Assembly (NCBI RefSeq): GCF_009914755.1
Contig: NC_060925.1
Length of the DNA: 64,000 bases
Reading direction: 5' to 3' (one strand)
Origin: the human T2T-CHM13v2.0 reference genome, Homo sapiens
In this document: positions 52,687-64,000 of the stretch, piece after piece
How the letters are laid out: the number at the start of each line of letters is the position of its first letter
How positions within the stretch are numbered: the stretch's first letter is position 1
The notes under the pieces: model-generated
Databases searched by the model: none
What the model saw: only the letters and a program-made list of their open reading frames with translations
What the model was told of the DNA's origin: nothing
Position numbers and translations under genes: made by a program

Positions 52687-55600
52687 AAATGGAAAGCAAA
52701 AAAAAAAAAAAAAAAAAAGCAGGGGTTGTAATCCTAGTCTCTGACAAAACTGACTTTAAACCAACAAAGATCAAAAAAGACAAAGAAGAGCATTACATAA
52801 AAGGGAACAATTCAACAAGAAGAGCTAACTATTCTAAATATATATGCACCCAATAGAGGAGCATCCAGATTCATAAAACAAGTTCTTGGAGACCTACAAA
52901 GAGACTTAGACTCCCACACACTAAATAGTGGGAGACTTTTACACCCCACTGTCAATATTAGACAGATCAACGAGTCAGAAAATTAACAAGGATATTCAGG
53001 ACTCGAACTCAGCTCTGGATCAAGTGGACCCAATAGGTATCTACAGAACTCTCCACGCCAAATTAACAGACTATACGTTCTTCTCAGTGCCACATGGCAC
53101 TTATTCTAAAATCAACCACATAATTGGAAGTAAAACACTCTGCAACAAATGCAAAAAAACTGAAATTGTAACAAACAGTCTCTCAGACCACAGTGCAATC
53201 AAATTAGAACTCAAGAATAAGAAACTCACTCAAAACCACAAAATTACATGGAAATTTGAATGACTCCTGATTAAATAAGGAAATTAAGACAGAGATAAAT
53301 AATTTCTTTAAAACCAATAAAAACAAAGAGACAATGTACCAGAATCTCTGCGACATAGCTAAAGCAGTGTTAAGCGGGAAATTTATAGTACTAAATGCCC
53401 ATATCAGAAAGCTAAAAAGATCTCAAATTGACACCCTACCATCACAATTAAAAGAGCTAGAGAGGCAAGAGCAAACTAACCCTAGCAGAAAACAAGAAGT
53501 AACTAAGATCAGAGCAGAATTGAATGAGATAGAGACATGAAAAACCCTCCAAAAATCAATGAATCCAGGAGCTGCTTTTTTGAAAAAATGAACAAAATAG
53601 ACCATTAGATAAACTAATAAAGAGGAAAAGAGAGAAGAATCAAATAAATAATGATACAATATTGTGTACCATCATTTTACATTTCCATATAAAAGCGTTA
53701 AACACAATAAGAAATGATAAAGAGGATGTCACCACTGATCCCACAGAAATGCAAACTACCATCAGAGGATACTATAAATACCTCTGTGCAAATTAACTAG
53801 AAAATACAGTAGAAAAGGCTAAATTCCTAGACACATACACCCTCCCAAGACTAAACCAGGAGGAAGTCAAATCTCTGAATAGACCAATTACAAGTTCTGA
53901 AATTGGGGCAGTAATTAATAGCCTACCAACCAAAAAAAAGACCATGACCAGATGGATTCACAGCCGAATTCTACCAGAAGTACAAAGAGGAGCTGGTACC
54001 ATTCCTTCTGAAACTATCTTAAACAATTGAAAAGGAGGGACTCCTCCCTAATTCATTTTATGAAGCCAGCATCATCCTGATACCAAGACAGGGAAGAAGC
54101 ACAACAAAAAGAGAAAATTTCAGGCCAATATCCGTGATGAACATCGACACAAAAATCCTCAATAAAATACTGGCAAACCGAGTCCAGCAGTACATCAGAA
54201 AATTTATCTGCTATGATCAAGTCAGCTTCATCCCTGGGATGCAAGTCTGGTTCAATGTACACAAATCGATAAACGTAATCCATCACATAAACAGAACCAA
54301 AGACAAAAACCACATTATTATCTCAATAGATGGAGAAAAGGTATTTGATAAAATTCAACATGACTTCATGTTAAAAACTCTCAATAAACTAGGTATTGAT
54401 GGAACATATCTCAAAATAATAAGAGCTATTCATGACAAACCCACAGCCAATATCATATTGAATGGGCAAAAACTGGAAGCATTCCTTTTGCAAACCAGTA
54501 CAAGACAAGGATGCCCTCTCTCACCACTCCTATTCAACATAGTACTGGAAGTTCTGGCCAGGGCAATCAGGCAACAGAAGGAAATAAATCATATTCAAAT
54601 AGGAAGAGAGGAAATCAAATTATCTCTGTTTGCAGATGACATGATTTTATATTTAGAAAACCCCATCATATCAGCCCCAAAACTCTTTAAACTGATAAGC
54701 AATTTCAGCAGTCTGAGGATACAGAATCAATGTGCAAAAATCACATGCATTCCTTACACCAACAGTAGACAACCAGAGTGCCAAATCATGAATGAACTCC
54801 CATTCACAATCACTACAAAGAGAGTACAATACCTAGGAATATAGCTAACACGGTATGTGAAGGACCTCATCAAGGAGAACTACAAAACACTGCTCAAGGA
54901 AATAAGAGAGGACACAAACAAATGGAAAAACATTCCCTCCTCATGGGTAGGAAGAATCGGTATCACAAAAAGGCCATACTGCCCAAAGTAATTTATAGAT
55001 TCAATGCTATTCCCATTAAATTACCATTGATGTTCTTCATCAAATGAGAAAATACTACTTTAAATTTCATGTGGAATCAAAGAAGACCCTATATAGCCAA
55101 GACAATTTCAAGCAAAAAGAACAAAGCTGGAGGCATCATGCTACCTGACCTCAAACTATACTACAAGGCTACCATAACCAAAACAGCATGGTACTAGACC
55201 AAAACAGACATATAGACCAAGGGAACAGAACAGAGACCTCAGAAATAACACCACACATCTACAACCATCTGATCTTTGACAAACCTGACAAAAACAAGCA
55301 ATGGGGAAATGATCTCCTATTCAATAAATGGTGCTGGGAAAACTGGCTAGCCATATGCAGAAAACTGAAACTGGACTCCTTCGTTACACTTTATTCAAAA
55401 ATTAACTCAAGATGGATTAAAGACTTAAATGTAAAACCCCAAACCATAAAAACCTTAGAAGAAAACCTAGGCAATACCATTCAGGACATAGGCATGGGCA
55501 AAGACTTCATGATAAAAATGCCAAAAGCAATGGTAACAAAAGCCAAAATTGACAAATGGGATCTAATTAAACTAAAGAGCTTCTGCACAGCAAAAGAAAC

Positions 55601-56344
55601 TATTGTCAGCGTGAACAGGCAACCTGCACCATGGGAGAAAATTTTTGCAGTCTACCCATCTGACAAAGGTCTAATATCCAGAATTTACTAGGAACTTAAA
55701 TTTGCAAGAAAAAAAAAACCCCATCAAAAAGTGGGCAAAGGATATGAACAGACACTTCTCAAAAGAAGACATTTATGCAGCCAACAAACAGGAAAAAAAT
55801 CTCCACATCAATGATCATCAGAGAAATGCAAATCAAAACCACAATGAGATACCATCTCACATCTGTCAGAATGGTGATTATTAAAAAGTCAAGAAACAAT
55901 AGATGTTGGTGAGGCTGAGGAGAAATAAGAATGCTTTTACACTGTTGGTGGGAATGCAAATTAGTTCAACCACTGTGGAAGACAGTATGGTGATTCCTCA
56001 AGGATCTAGAACCAGAAATACCATTTGACCTAACAATCCCATTACTGCGTATGTATCCAAAGGAATATAAATTATTCTGCTGTAAAGATGCATGCACATA
56101 TATGTTTACTGCAGCACTATTTATAATAGCAAAGACATGGAACCAACCCAAATGTCCATCAGTGATAGACTGGATAGAAAAAATGTGGTACATATACACT
56201 ATGGAATACTATGCAGCCATAAAAAATACTGAGATCATTTCCTTTGCAGGGACATGGATGAAGCTGGAAGCCTTCATCTCCAGCAAACTAACACAGGAAC
56301 AGAAAACCAAACACCACACGTTCTCACTCATAAGTGGGAGTTGA
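52687..56344 (+). pseudogene. L1 ORF2p remnant (multiple frameshifts/stops)
   Basis: ORF pieces 52928-53263, 54134-54844 ([19 protein letters not shown]), 55188-55691 and 56051-56344 ending FSLISGS-stop. Confidence 0.93.
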
Positions 56345-56532
56345 ACAATGAGAACATATGGACACAAAGAGGGGAACAACACACACTAGGGCCTGTTGGG
56401 GAGTGGGGGGTGAGGTGAGGGAACTTAGAGGACGGATCAATAGGGTCAGCAAACCATCATGACACACTATACCTATGTAACAAGGCTGCATCTTCTGCAC
56501 ATGTATCCCATTTTTATTAAAAGAAATAAAAA
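52687..56532 (+). mobile_element. LINE-1, L1PA8-like, 5'-truncated within the ORF2 endonuclease domain
   Basis: Continuous ORF2 homology; 3'UTR GGGAACTTAGAGGACGGATCAATAGG...CACATGTATCCC and A-rich tail. Confidence 0.95.
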
Positions 56533-56821
56533 CAAGCATTAAAAATGGAAATTTGTTTTTAATCATAAATTTAATTTTGGGGAGTACCATAGTCTTCTAT
56601 TAAGATAAAAATGGGCTATATTCTAATAATGTTATTCTGTGTTGTGGGGCTATATTATCACAATAGTTCTTAGCTGAAGCTGCCGTTTTTTCTTATATGG
56701 TATAAATTGTGATAAAATAAGCATTTTGAACACCCATGGAGTGTTGCCATTAATTAAAGAAGATAATATTTAGAAAGGCAATTTGAAAAATCTCAAGTCC
56801 TATACACATTTGCTTCTGTTA

Positions 56822-57300
56822 TTATTTTATTCAATACAAATCACAAAAGTGCCTATTGTGTACCAGAAACTGCTTTAGGCACTTGAACATTTATGGAGAA
56901 ATAATAACACTGACCTTTGCCTTTAAGGATTTCATAATGTTGGGGAAACCAATATGTAAACAGAGAATGCCAATGTAATGTGGTAAGTGTGATGATAGAT
57001 ACATGCCAAGGTGCTTGGGAGCATAGAAAGGGACCCCTAAGTAAGTTTTTAGAGTCAGAGAGTTCAGAGGAGGTTAGAGAAAATACAGGAAGGGAGTTTC
57101 AGAGGAGGAGGTGGCAAGAATGTAGCCTTCAGGTGAAAAATAGCATAGTATATTCTGAGCAGTAAAGAGATCAGCATTCCTAGAGCTTAAAATATTGAGC
57201 AGAGAAAGCAGAAGATGAGTCTCTAGAAGTCGGATTACAGAAGGTCTGTCTATTATGTTAAAGGTTCAGATTTATCTGCTTGGTGATGAAAAGTAAGGAA
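56822..57300 (-). mobile_element. L2 fragment
   Basis: TTTATTCAA...AGTGCCTATTGTGTACCAG..ACTGCTTTAGGCACT, the reverse complement of an L2 3' end. Confidence 0.65.
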
Positions 57301-58299
57301 ACAATGGGGTCCCTCCGGGGGAGTATGGAACGTGGATCCAAGGGTCAGAGAGAACAGTGAAGAGGGTATTGCTGAAGTCTAGGGGAAAGAGCCTTCAGTT
57401 ATTCATGTTTCCATGCTGTTTCTTAGAGGCTCAGCCCAAGTATCTGATCTTTCCCGCATCTATGCATAAGTTTTCTCAAGCAGTGCTGGTGATCTCCACA
57501 CCGCATCTTCCTCCTAAAATATTTACTGATTATCTGCATTCAAGTATGTTATAAACTATTTTAATTTGAGATATAAATATTAGTCATGCAGCTAACTGCA
57601 CCCACCTTTCCAGGAGCATCTGCTTTTTGTGACAGACACTGTGGCTTTCAAGGGCCTTGCCTTATTACTTATTACTTATTGCACCCCACTATTCAACCTG
57701 TCTTCCTACTGCACTAATATGCACCCTGTGCTGCAGTCATGCAGAAGTCTTCACTGTTCTAGAAAATGAAGCACATGCTGTGTGTATCACATGGCTGGAG
57801 TAATCATTTGGACAGTGAAGATTTTCTGAGGTGTCCCCATCATCTTGTCACACCTGTTGCAGAATGCCACAGGCAGCTCTGTGAGGCACGTGCTGCTGCT
57901 TCTGAAATGATGCATTCCCACTCAATTACCTCATTCATTACAAGTTTTCAGCTACAGATTAGGAGTACTATTCACCCCTTCTGTCTTAGCAGAATGTTAG
58001 GAACATTTGAATCAGTGGTACTTTTTAAAAAAAATTAGATTTTACTGCTGTTTGCTGTTTACTATTACAATCACAGAAGTAAAGGCTAAGCCATTTTCTT
58101 CTTTAAAAAATAGTGTTTTCCAATATGTTCAAACAATCTCCAAATGAATAGAAGAAAAAAATGCCCACAGAAGTTTCTTAGACTCACTGTCATATCTGGA
58201 TACTTTAATCTCAGATGTTCTGGCTCTTCCCAGGCTGATAGGATGGCTGGGCTAATAATACAAATACCTTAAGGGCTCTGTTCTCTACTGAGTCTGGAC

Positions 58300-58490
58300 C
58301 TAGAATGTGCAGCTTTAGGATTAGGGGTACTAGTTTTAGAGTCAAACTGATTCCCTTCCTGATTACCACTTACAAACTGTGAGATGTCTTTAGGGTGGTT
58401 GGAGGGATTAAATGTGATCATCTGCACTGCTAGTATATAGTAAGGGCTCAAAAAATGAAGCCTGCTATGGAATTATGACTATTAATAATT
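58300..58490 (+). mobile_element. MIR
   Basis: TTTTAGAGTCAAACTG...ACCACTTAC...GGTTGGAGGGATTAAATG...TAGTAAGGGCTCAA. Confidence 0.6.
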
Positions 58491-59961
58491 CATGCTCTAA
58501 TTTAAGAAATTGCCTGGTTTAACTAGCCTCAGGCAGAGGCTGGGACTGCTTTCTCATCAGGCCTCAGCTACATGGCTACAATATAGAGAGGTTCCTTTTC
58601 AGATATGCACACACACTTGCTTCTCTCATCACTGATGATGCTTGCTCTCTCTAGTCAATTAATATGATCCACCTCTCAGGGTAATCATTTCCCTAAGGAC
58701 CAAATGTGCTTACATTCAGTTGCACCCATTGTAATGCAATTAATTTTTCCAATAATATCCATCTAATAGATAGGTACATTATAAAGGAGAGCCATAATAA
58801 TAAGCTACCTCCTGTTTGCTCATTTTGAAGAGACTCATTACGGACAATGGTCCTCAATGTTAATGAAGTGACACAATCCAATTAGAAGATTGCAGTTACA
58901 CATGGTAGTGGTAGAATGAGAGGAATTGCTACCTAATAGGTAATGTCACTGTTTGTGCCTTGTTTTTGCCCTCTGTGGGGTTGTTTCTGCTTTGGTCCAG
59001 ATCTCACTCTGTCCTTGGGCCTACTTTGGGATTCTGCCATCTTCTGAATGCTGGTAAATGCCTAAGCTGTAAACAGCTTGCTTTTCTGCAGAACAGCTCA
59101 TGCCTGAAAAAGTTGATAATGATTTCAAAATTTCTTTTAATTGAGTTTTTAATTACAACACAGATAGCAAATAGCCCTATCACATGTAATTTTGACAAAG
59201 ATAACAAGCAATTTCATATTCTTTGGAGAATGACAGTGTGGGAGCCTACAGTTAAGTACCGACTGCCTTGTTTTTAGACAGGAATATCTGACAACCACTC
59301 ACTCAGGGAAGGTCGGGAACTGGAACATCTGGATCTCAATAAATTGTTCAATATAACAATCCAAGTGCTATAACACAAGCTGCTACTGGGAATGTAAATC
59401 TGACTGGCTGGTTTAGGATCTTGTCTTTCTAATTAATAGACCACGTATTATGAATTGGGATACTGTAGAGCCAGTTGGTGTATGGGCATGCCTTCACCTT
59501 AAATAAATATTTTTATCTTCAGATCTTATCACATCAGAAAAAAATATGCAGATAAATTATTCCAAAATGCAAAGCTTAAATTTGATATGGGTGCCGTGTT
59601 TCTTCATTACTTTTCTTTTATTGGCATTTACTTAAGAGTTCTAGAGCCATGCCCAGAGTTCCAGAACTCCAGAGCTAAAATTAGACAAAGAAACTTCTCC
59701 ATCTCAGAGAGCAGAGAACTCGCCCACATTAGCTGATCTACTGGCACCTCCCACAGACTCACAAAGGCCATTTGCATAACTCCCATGCCTCCTAGTAACA
59801 TCCAAAGGCTCAAGCCGATGTATCTTTTTCAACCACAGAGCAGTAATTATCAGACTTTTGCATTTCAAAAACCTGGAAAACAAAAATTCTTCTTAATTCA
59901 AGTCCTACAGAGTGGTCAACTTCTTATTTTGCTAAGTAAAGATCATTAATTTTTTTCCTTT

Positions 59962-60860
59962 TCACTCATTTGTTAATTCAGTGAATATTTATTGAGCACA
60001 TACTATCTGCAGCTACTAAAGTATGTCTGGGAATGCGATGAAAATCAAAGCTAGATATAGCCCATGACCTCAAGCATCATATAGTCTAGTGGGGGAGATA
60101 GTCATCATTAATTAATTACATTTATATATATATATATATATGAAATTTAAATTGAGCTACGTACTCTACAGGAAATAGACATGGTTCTCTGCAAGCATGT
60201 AATATCATATATTAATTTTATATGGAAAGAGAGTATCAGGGAAATATTCCCCTTAAAATTAATGCTTCCACTGAACAAATCTCAGACTATGCAGGCCATG
60301 GTAAGGATTTTGAGCTTCATGTTAAGAGTAATAAAAAGTAACTAAGGAATTTTAAGCAGGATTGATGTTTTTAAAGAATTCCTCTGGATGCTATTGGGGA
60401 ATGGATTGGAAGAAAAGCAAGAGTGGAAGGAGTGAGATCAATTGAAATGACATTTCAGTGGCCTAGATATGACCTGTGTGATGGCCATGGTGCAAGTAAC
60501 TAGTTGGATTTAAAACATATCTTGAAACTAGAATTTTTGAGACTCTGACAAATGAAGAGAGAAGAGAGAAAGAGAGAAGTATCAAGGATGATTCTCATAT
60601 TCCTGGCAAGAGCAACTTGCCATTTAATACACCATTTACTGAGCTCTAAAGACCAAGAAAGGAGCAGGTTAGGGGAGGAAGGGGGAATCAGAGGTTCCTT
60701 TTGGGGCTTGTTAAATTTAAGGTGCCTATGAAATATCCAAGGCAGGAAGATACAGGTGTCAGAAGATTAGAGGAGGATTCTGACGCTAGATATACATTTA
60801 GGAGTTATCAGCGTATCGATGGTATTTAAAGCTATGGGAGTCAATAACATTTCACAGGAA
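59962..60860 (-). mobile_element. L2 (L2a/b-like) fragment
   Basis: AATATTTATTGAGCACATACTAT..., GGCCATGGTAAGGATTTTG, TATCAAGGATGATTC, GATGGTATTTAAAGCTATGGGA. Confidence 0.8.
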
Positions 60861-61685
60861 TAAGCATGATGGAAGTTATAATATTTTTGAGGCCTGATAC
60901 AGAAGGAGAAATCTTCAGAGCATCTTTCCATGAAAGGGATCACATTTTAACACCCACAAAGTAGAAAGAACATAATATCAATTCTTTAATTTAAGGACAT
61001 TTAGCTGCATGAAATCCTCTCTCCATTGTCCTTATCTTTCTCATTTTGCTGCAGATCAGTGAGAACTTTGTTATAAAACAGCAGTGGCAAACCACTACCG
61101 TAGCGTTTCTGCAACTGCCTTAGGCAGGAATTACCTCATTTTGGTAGCAGAAAGTCTTGTCCACATCCAGCCTCGCCTCACCTCTTAGATTTTCCAAGCT
61201 TAAAACACATCTGGAGATTCTGAATCAATTTAGGACGGACTAAAAGTCACAAAGTAGCACAGATCCTACATTATGACATCCGTTCTGTCCTATCCTACAT
61301 TGCAAAATCTGTGTCTATGCATTTTGTAGCATTCCTAAGTCAGGGGACTACATTGCAAATTGTAATATTGTCAGTCATATATAGGGTCAAAAACACACTT
61401 GCATAAATTTCGCCTCTTCCTGCCAATCACAGTACTGTCATTCGTCGTAGTATTCTTTCCTACTGAACCTAATATAAGTTTCCAGATCCTCCTGTTACAG
61501 TGTCCAAGACAGTCCTAATCAACCAGGTTGAATATGGGAGGTAATAGTAATAATAAAAATAATTATATTATACTTATAGCTGTTATAATTAATAACATTT
61601 TTTGTACTTTGTCTCATGCACTGCACTAAGTGTTGTCTATGCCTCACCTTATGTAAACATTAACTGCAACTTAGAAGATTGCTAA

Positions 61686-62038
<353 letters not shown>

Positions 62039-62439
62039 TGAGCATCCCAGGTGTACATTTCATTATTGTTTCTACATTGTGTTGTAATTATATGAAAAGT
62101 ACAGATTGAGACTCTGTACTTTCCAATTTGGAATCTTAACACCTAACAGTGCTTGGCACATTTAAGGCACGTATTAAATGTTGAATTATGGAAGGCCTTA
62201 CATACGCTATAGTGATAGAAGCTTTTCAAATGGAAGTGGTTATGTCCTGCGTGATTTGGACCCTCTTACAGCACCTAGCATAATACTCAATAAGTATTTG
62301 GAAGGTTGAGTATATGGATTTAAAATTGGCTGGAAAAATTCCAGTAAACTCAGAGGTTTTGGAGTGATGGTGCTAGTAGTGGGATCACTACTGAAGAAGG
62401 ATAAAGAAGATGAACCTCCTAATATGCTCTTGCCACAAC

Positions 62440-63130
62440 TGTGGGTCTGACTCTTATTTAAGCATTCTTATTCATGACCTGGATGGAAAAAAAAGGAAGA
62501 AGCTGCTCCTTTTTAGAATTCACTAATGATTCTAATTTGGAAAGTATCTTGAGCAGCTCGGGCAACAGAAATAAAATGCAAATGACCTTTGAGACATGAG
62601 GTATGCAGGCTGGGAATAATAACTTTGTGAGCATTTGAAAAAGGCAAGGCAGTGAATACACCTGGGGAAAGAGAATCCAAACACAGAGCTGTTCTGGGAA
62701 GCAGATGCCAGATCTCAGTGATGCCAAAGTAGGCCCAGGAGGCACAGTGGTTGGCAAATTAAATTCAGGCCAGCCATGCAGTCTGGCAGGATGAAAGAGA
62801 AGTCCAGGTTGAGGCTGCCTGTGCAGAAGGGCACGGAATAACAGTTCCTCTGTGGACAGTTGTAGCTGAGCAGCACCTGGCACCACACGTTGTGTTCCCA
62901 CCACTTCATTACTAGGGAAGCTCAGGCAATTTGGAAGTGCAGAGAATAGCAATAAGAGTGAATGAATTCAAGAGCCCGAGGAAGGATGCGGATGAAAGAT
63001 TAAAAGGATTGGATAGCTGTAGTTTAGCTACAGAAAGCTAAGGGAAGAGAAAGGAGAGGCCTGGAAACTAATAATAAATATCCAAGTCTGTTCTAAAATA
63101 GCCAAGAAGAAACTTGCAGAGTAACCATTA
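62440..63130 (+). mobile_element. Ancient CR1/L3-type LINE RT-domain remnant
   Basis: TTATTTAAGCATTCTTATTCATGACCTGGAT resembles LFNIFINDLD; GAATTCACTAATGATTCTAATTTG resembles KFADDTKL; then MQMTF (~IQ.DL), ATACACCTGGGG (~LHLG), GTGCAGAGAATAGCA (~VQRRA) and GATGAAAGATTAAAAGGATTGG (~EERLKELG), in CR1 order. Confidence 0.7.
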
Positions 63131-63650
63131 AATTAAGATTTTTCAATTGAAAATGGACATTTTCTTCCAAGCCATAGGCTTCTTGCCTAAACCAGCACTC
63201 TGCCTACGCAGGTGCTTAGTAAATACTATCTTATGGAATAACTTTTGTTTGCCAAAAGAGTATATGATCTGGGAACTAGACCAACCGAAAACACATTAAA
63301 AAATCAGACAACCCATTCCTTAGCGCCCCGTGAGGACAGGATTAAAGGAACTGGATTTTTGTTGTGTTGTTCAAGTCATACTCTTCAACAATGAAGTTAC
63401 CTCTTCCCATTCAGACAAATAAAGAACAAAATAGAAACCTTTGTAGCACAGGGAATGCCTAAGACACGGTTGACTAGGCTCTGGTTAAATCCCAGTATTG
63501 CAATTTACTTTATGTCAAAGGGAACAAGCAAAATGCTAATGCCTACCCTCTCAGACAAACCTTCCTAGGCAATGGAGGGGGTGTAGAAAAGGGTGTACTT
63601 TCTGGACTAATGGTGTACTTGGTGGACTTCACTTTTAAATGATCAACCAC

Positions 63651-63920
63651 TTGGGAGGCGGAGGGGAGTGGATCACAAGGTCAGGAATTTGAGACCAGCC
63701 TGGCCAACATAGTGAAACCCCATCTCTACTAAAAATACAAAAAAGTAGCTGGGTGCGGTGGCAGGTGCCTGTACTCTCAGCTACTTGGGAGGCTGAGGCA
63801 GGAGAATCACTTGAACCTGGGAGGAGGCAGAGGTTGCAGTGAGCCAGGATCGCGCCACTGCACTGCACTCCAGCCCCAGCGACAATGCGAGATTATGTCT
63901 CAAAAAAAAAAAAAAAAAAA
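63651..63920 (+). mobile_element. AluSg-like, 5'-truncated by about 30 nt
   Basis: Starts at TTGGGAGGC; GGATCACAAGGTCAGG; A-tail; TSD ATCAACCAC (63642-63650 / 63920-63928). Confidence 0.93.
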
Positions 63921-64000
63921 TCAACCACAAATATCCAAGTAGATAAGTTAGAGGTAATTTCTTGTTTTATAGAAGGAGTCTCTATAAACAGCCAGCTCCC

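Noticed and set aside
56543-56551. AAATGGAAA as a possible TSD of the L1PA8 (also at 52687)
   Set aside because: The 5' copy is ordinary L1 sequence and the 3' copy is separated from the tail, so no TSD can be called.
62458-62952. 164-aa minus-strand ORF
   Set aside because: Antisense to the CR1/L3 remnant, non-ATG start, no known motif.

Overview
Primate (very probably human) gene-poor, AT-rich genomic DNA dominated by interspersed repeats. I find no intact protein-coding gene. The only recognisable protein homology is decayed LINE-1 ORF1/ORF2 (a 5'-truncated L1PA on the minus strand at 1-4033 and an L1PA8-like copy on the plus strand at 52687-56532) plus a very old CR1/L3 reverse-transcriptase remnant at about 62440-63130. 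Other content: seven Alus plus an Alu/FLAM fragment, about ten ERVL/MaLR solo LTRs or LTR fragments (six with readable 5-bp target-site duplications), hAT and Tigger MITEs (MER1B, MER3, MER47A), older L1M, L2 and MIR fragments, and microsatellites. Subfamily names come from recalled consensus features, not a database search. I see no convincing new biological system. The best leads are: (1) a perfect AGGTCA-A-AGGTCA DR1 element abutting a TGACGTGG UPRE/CRE-type site in a unique, CpG-retaining block (47.8-48.6 kb); (2) three minus-strand exon-like segments at 48.5, 44.7 and 42.2 kb that could belong to a spliced non-coding RNA; (3) a triplicated 62-bp hairpin-containing unit with (CA)n spacers inside an MLT2 LTR; (4) an 82-bp near-perfect AT palindrome; and (5) repair or insertion scars inside L1 copies.
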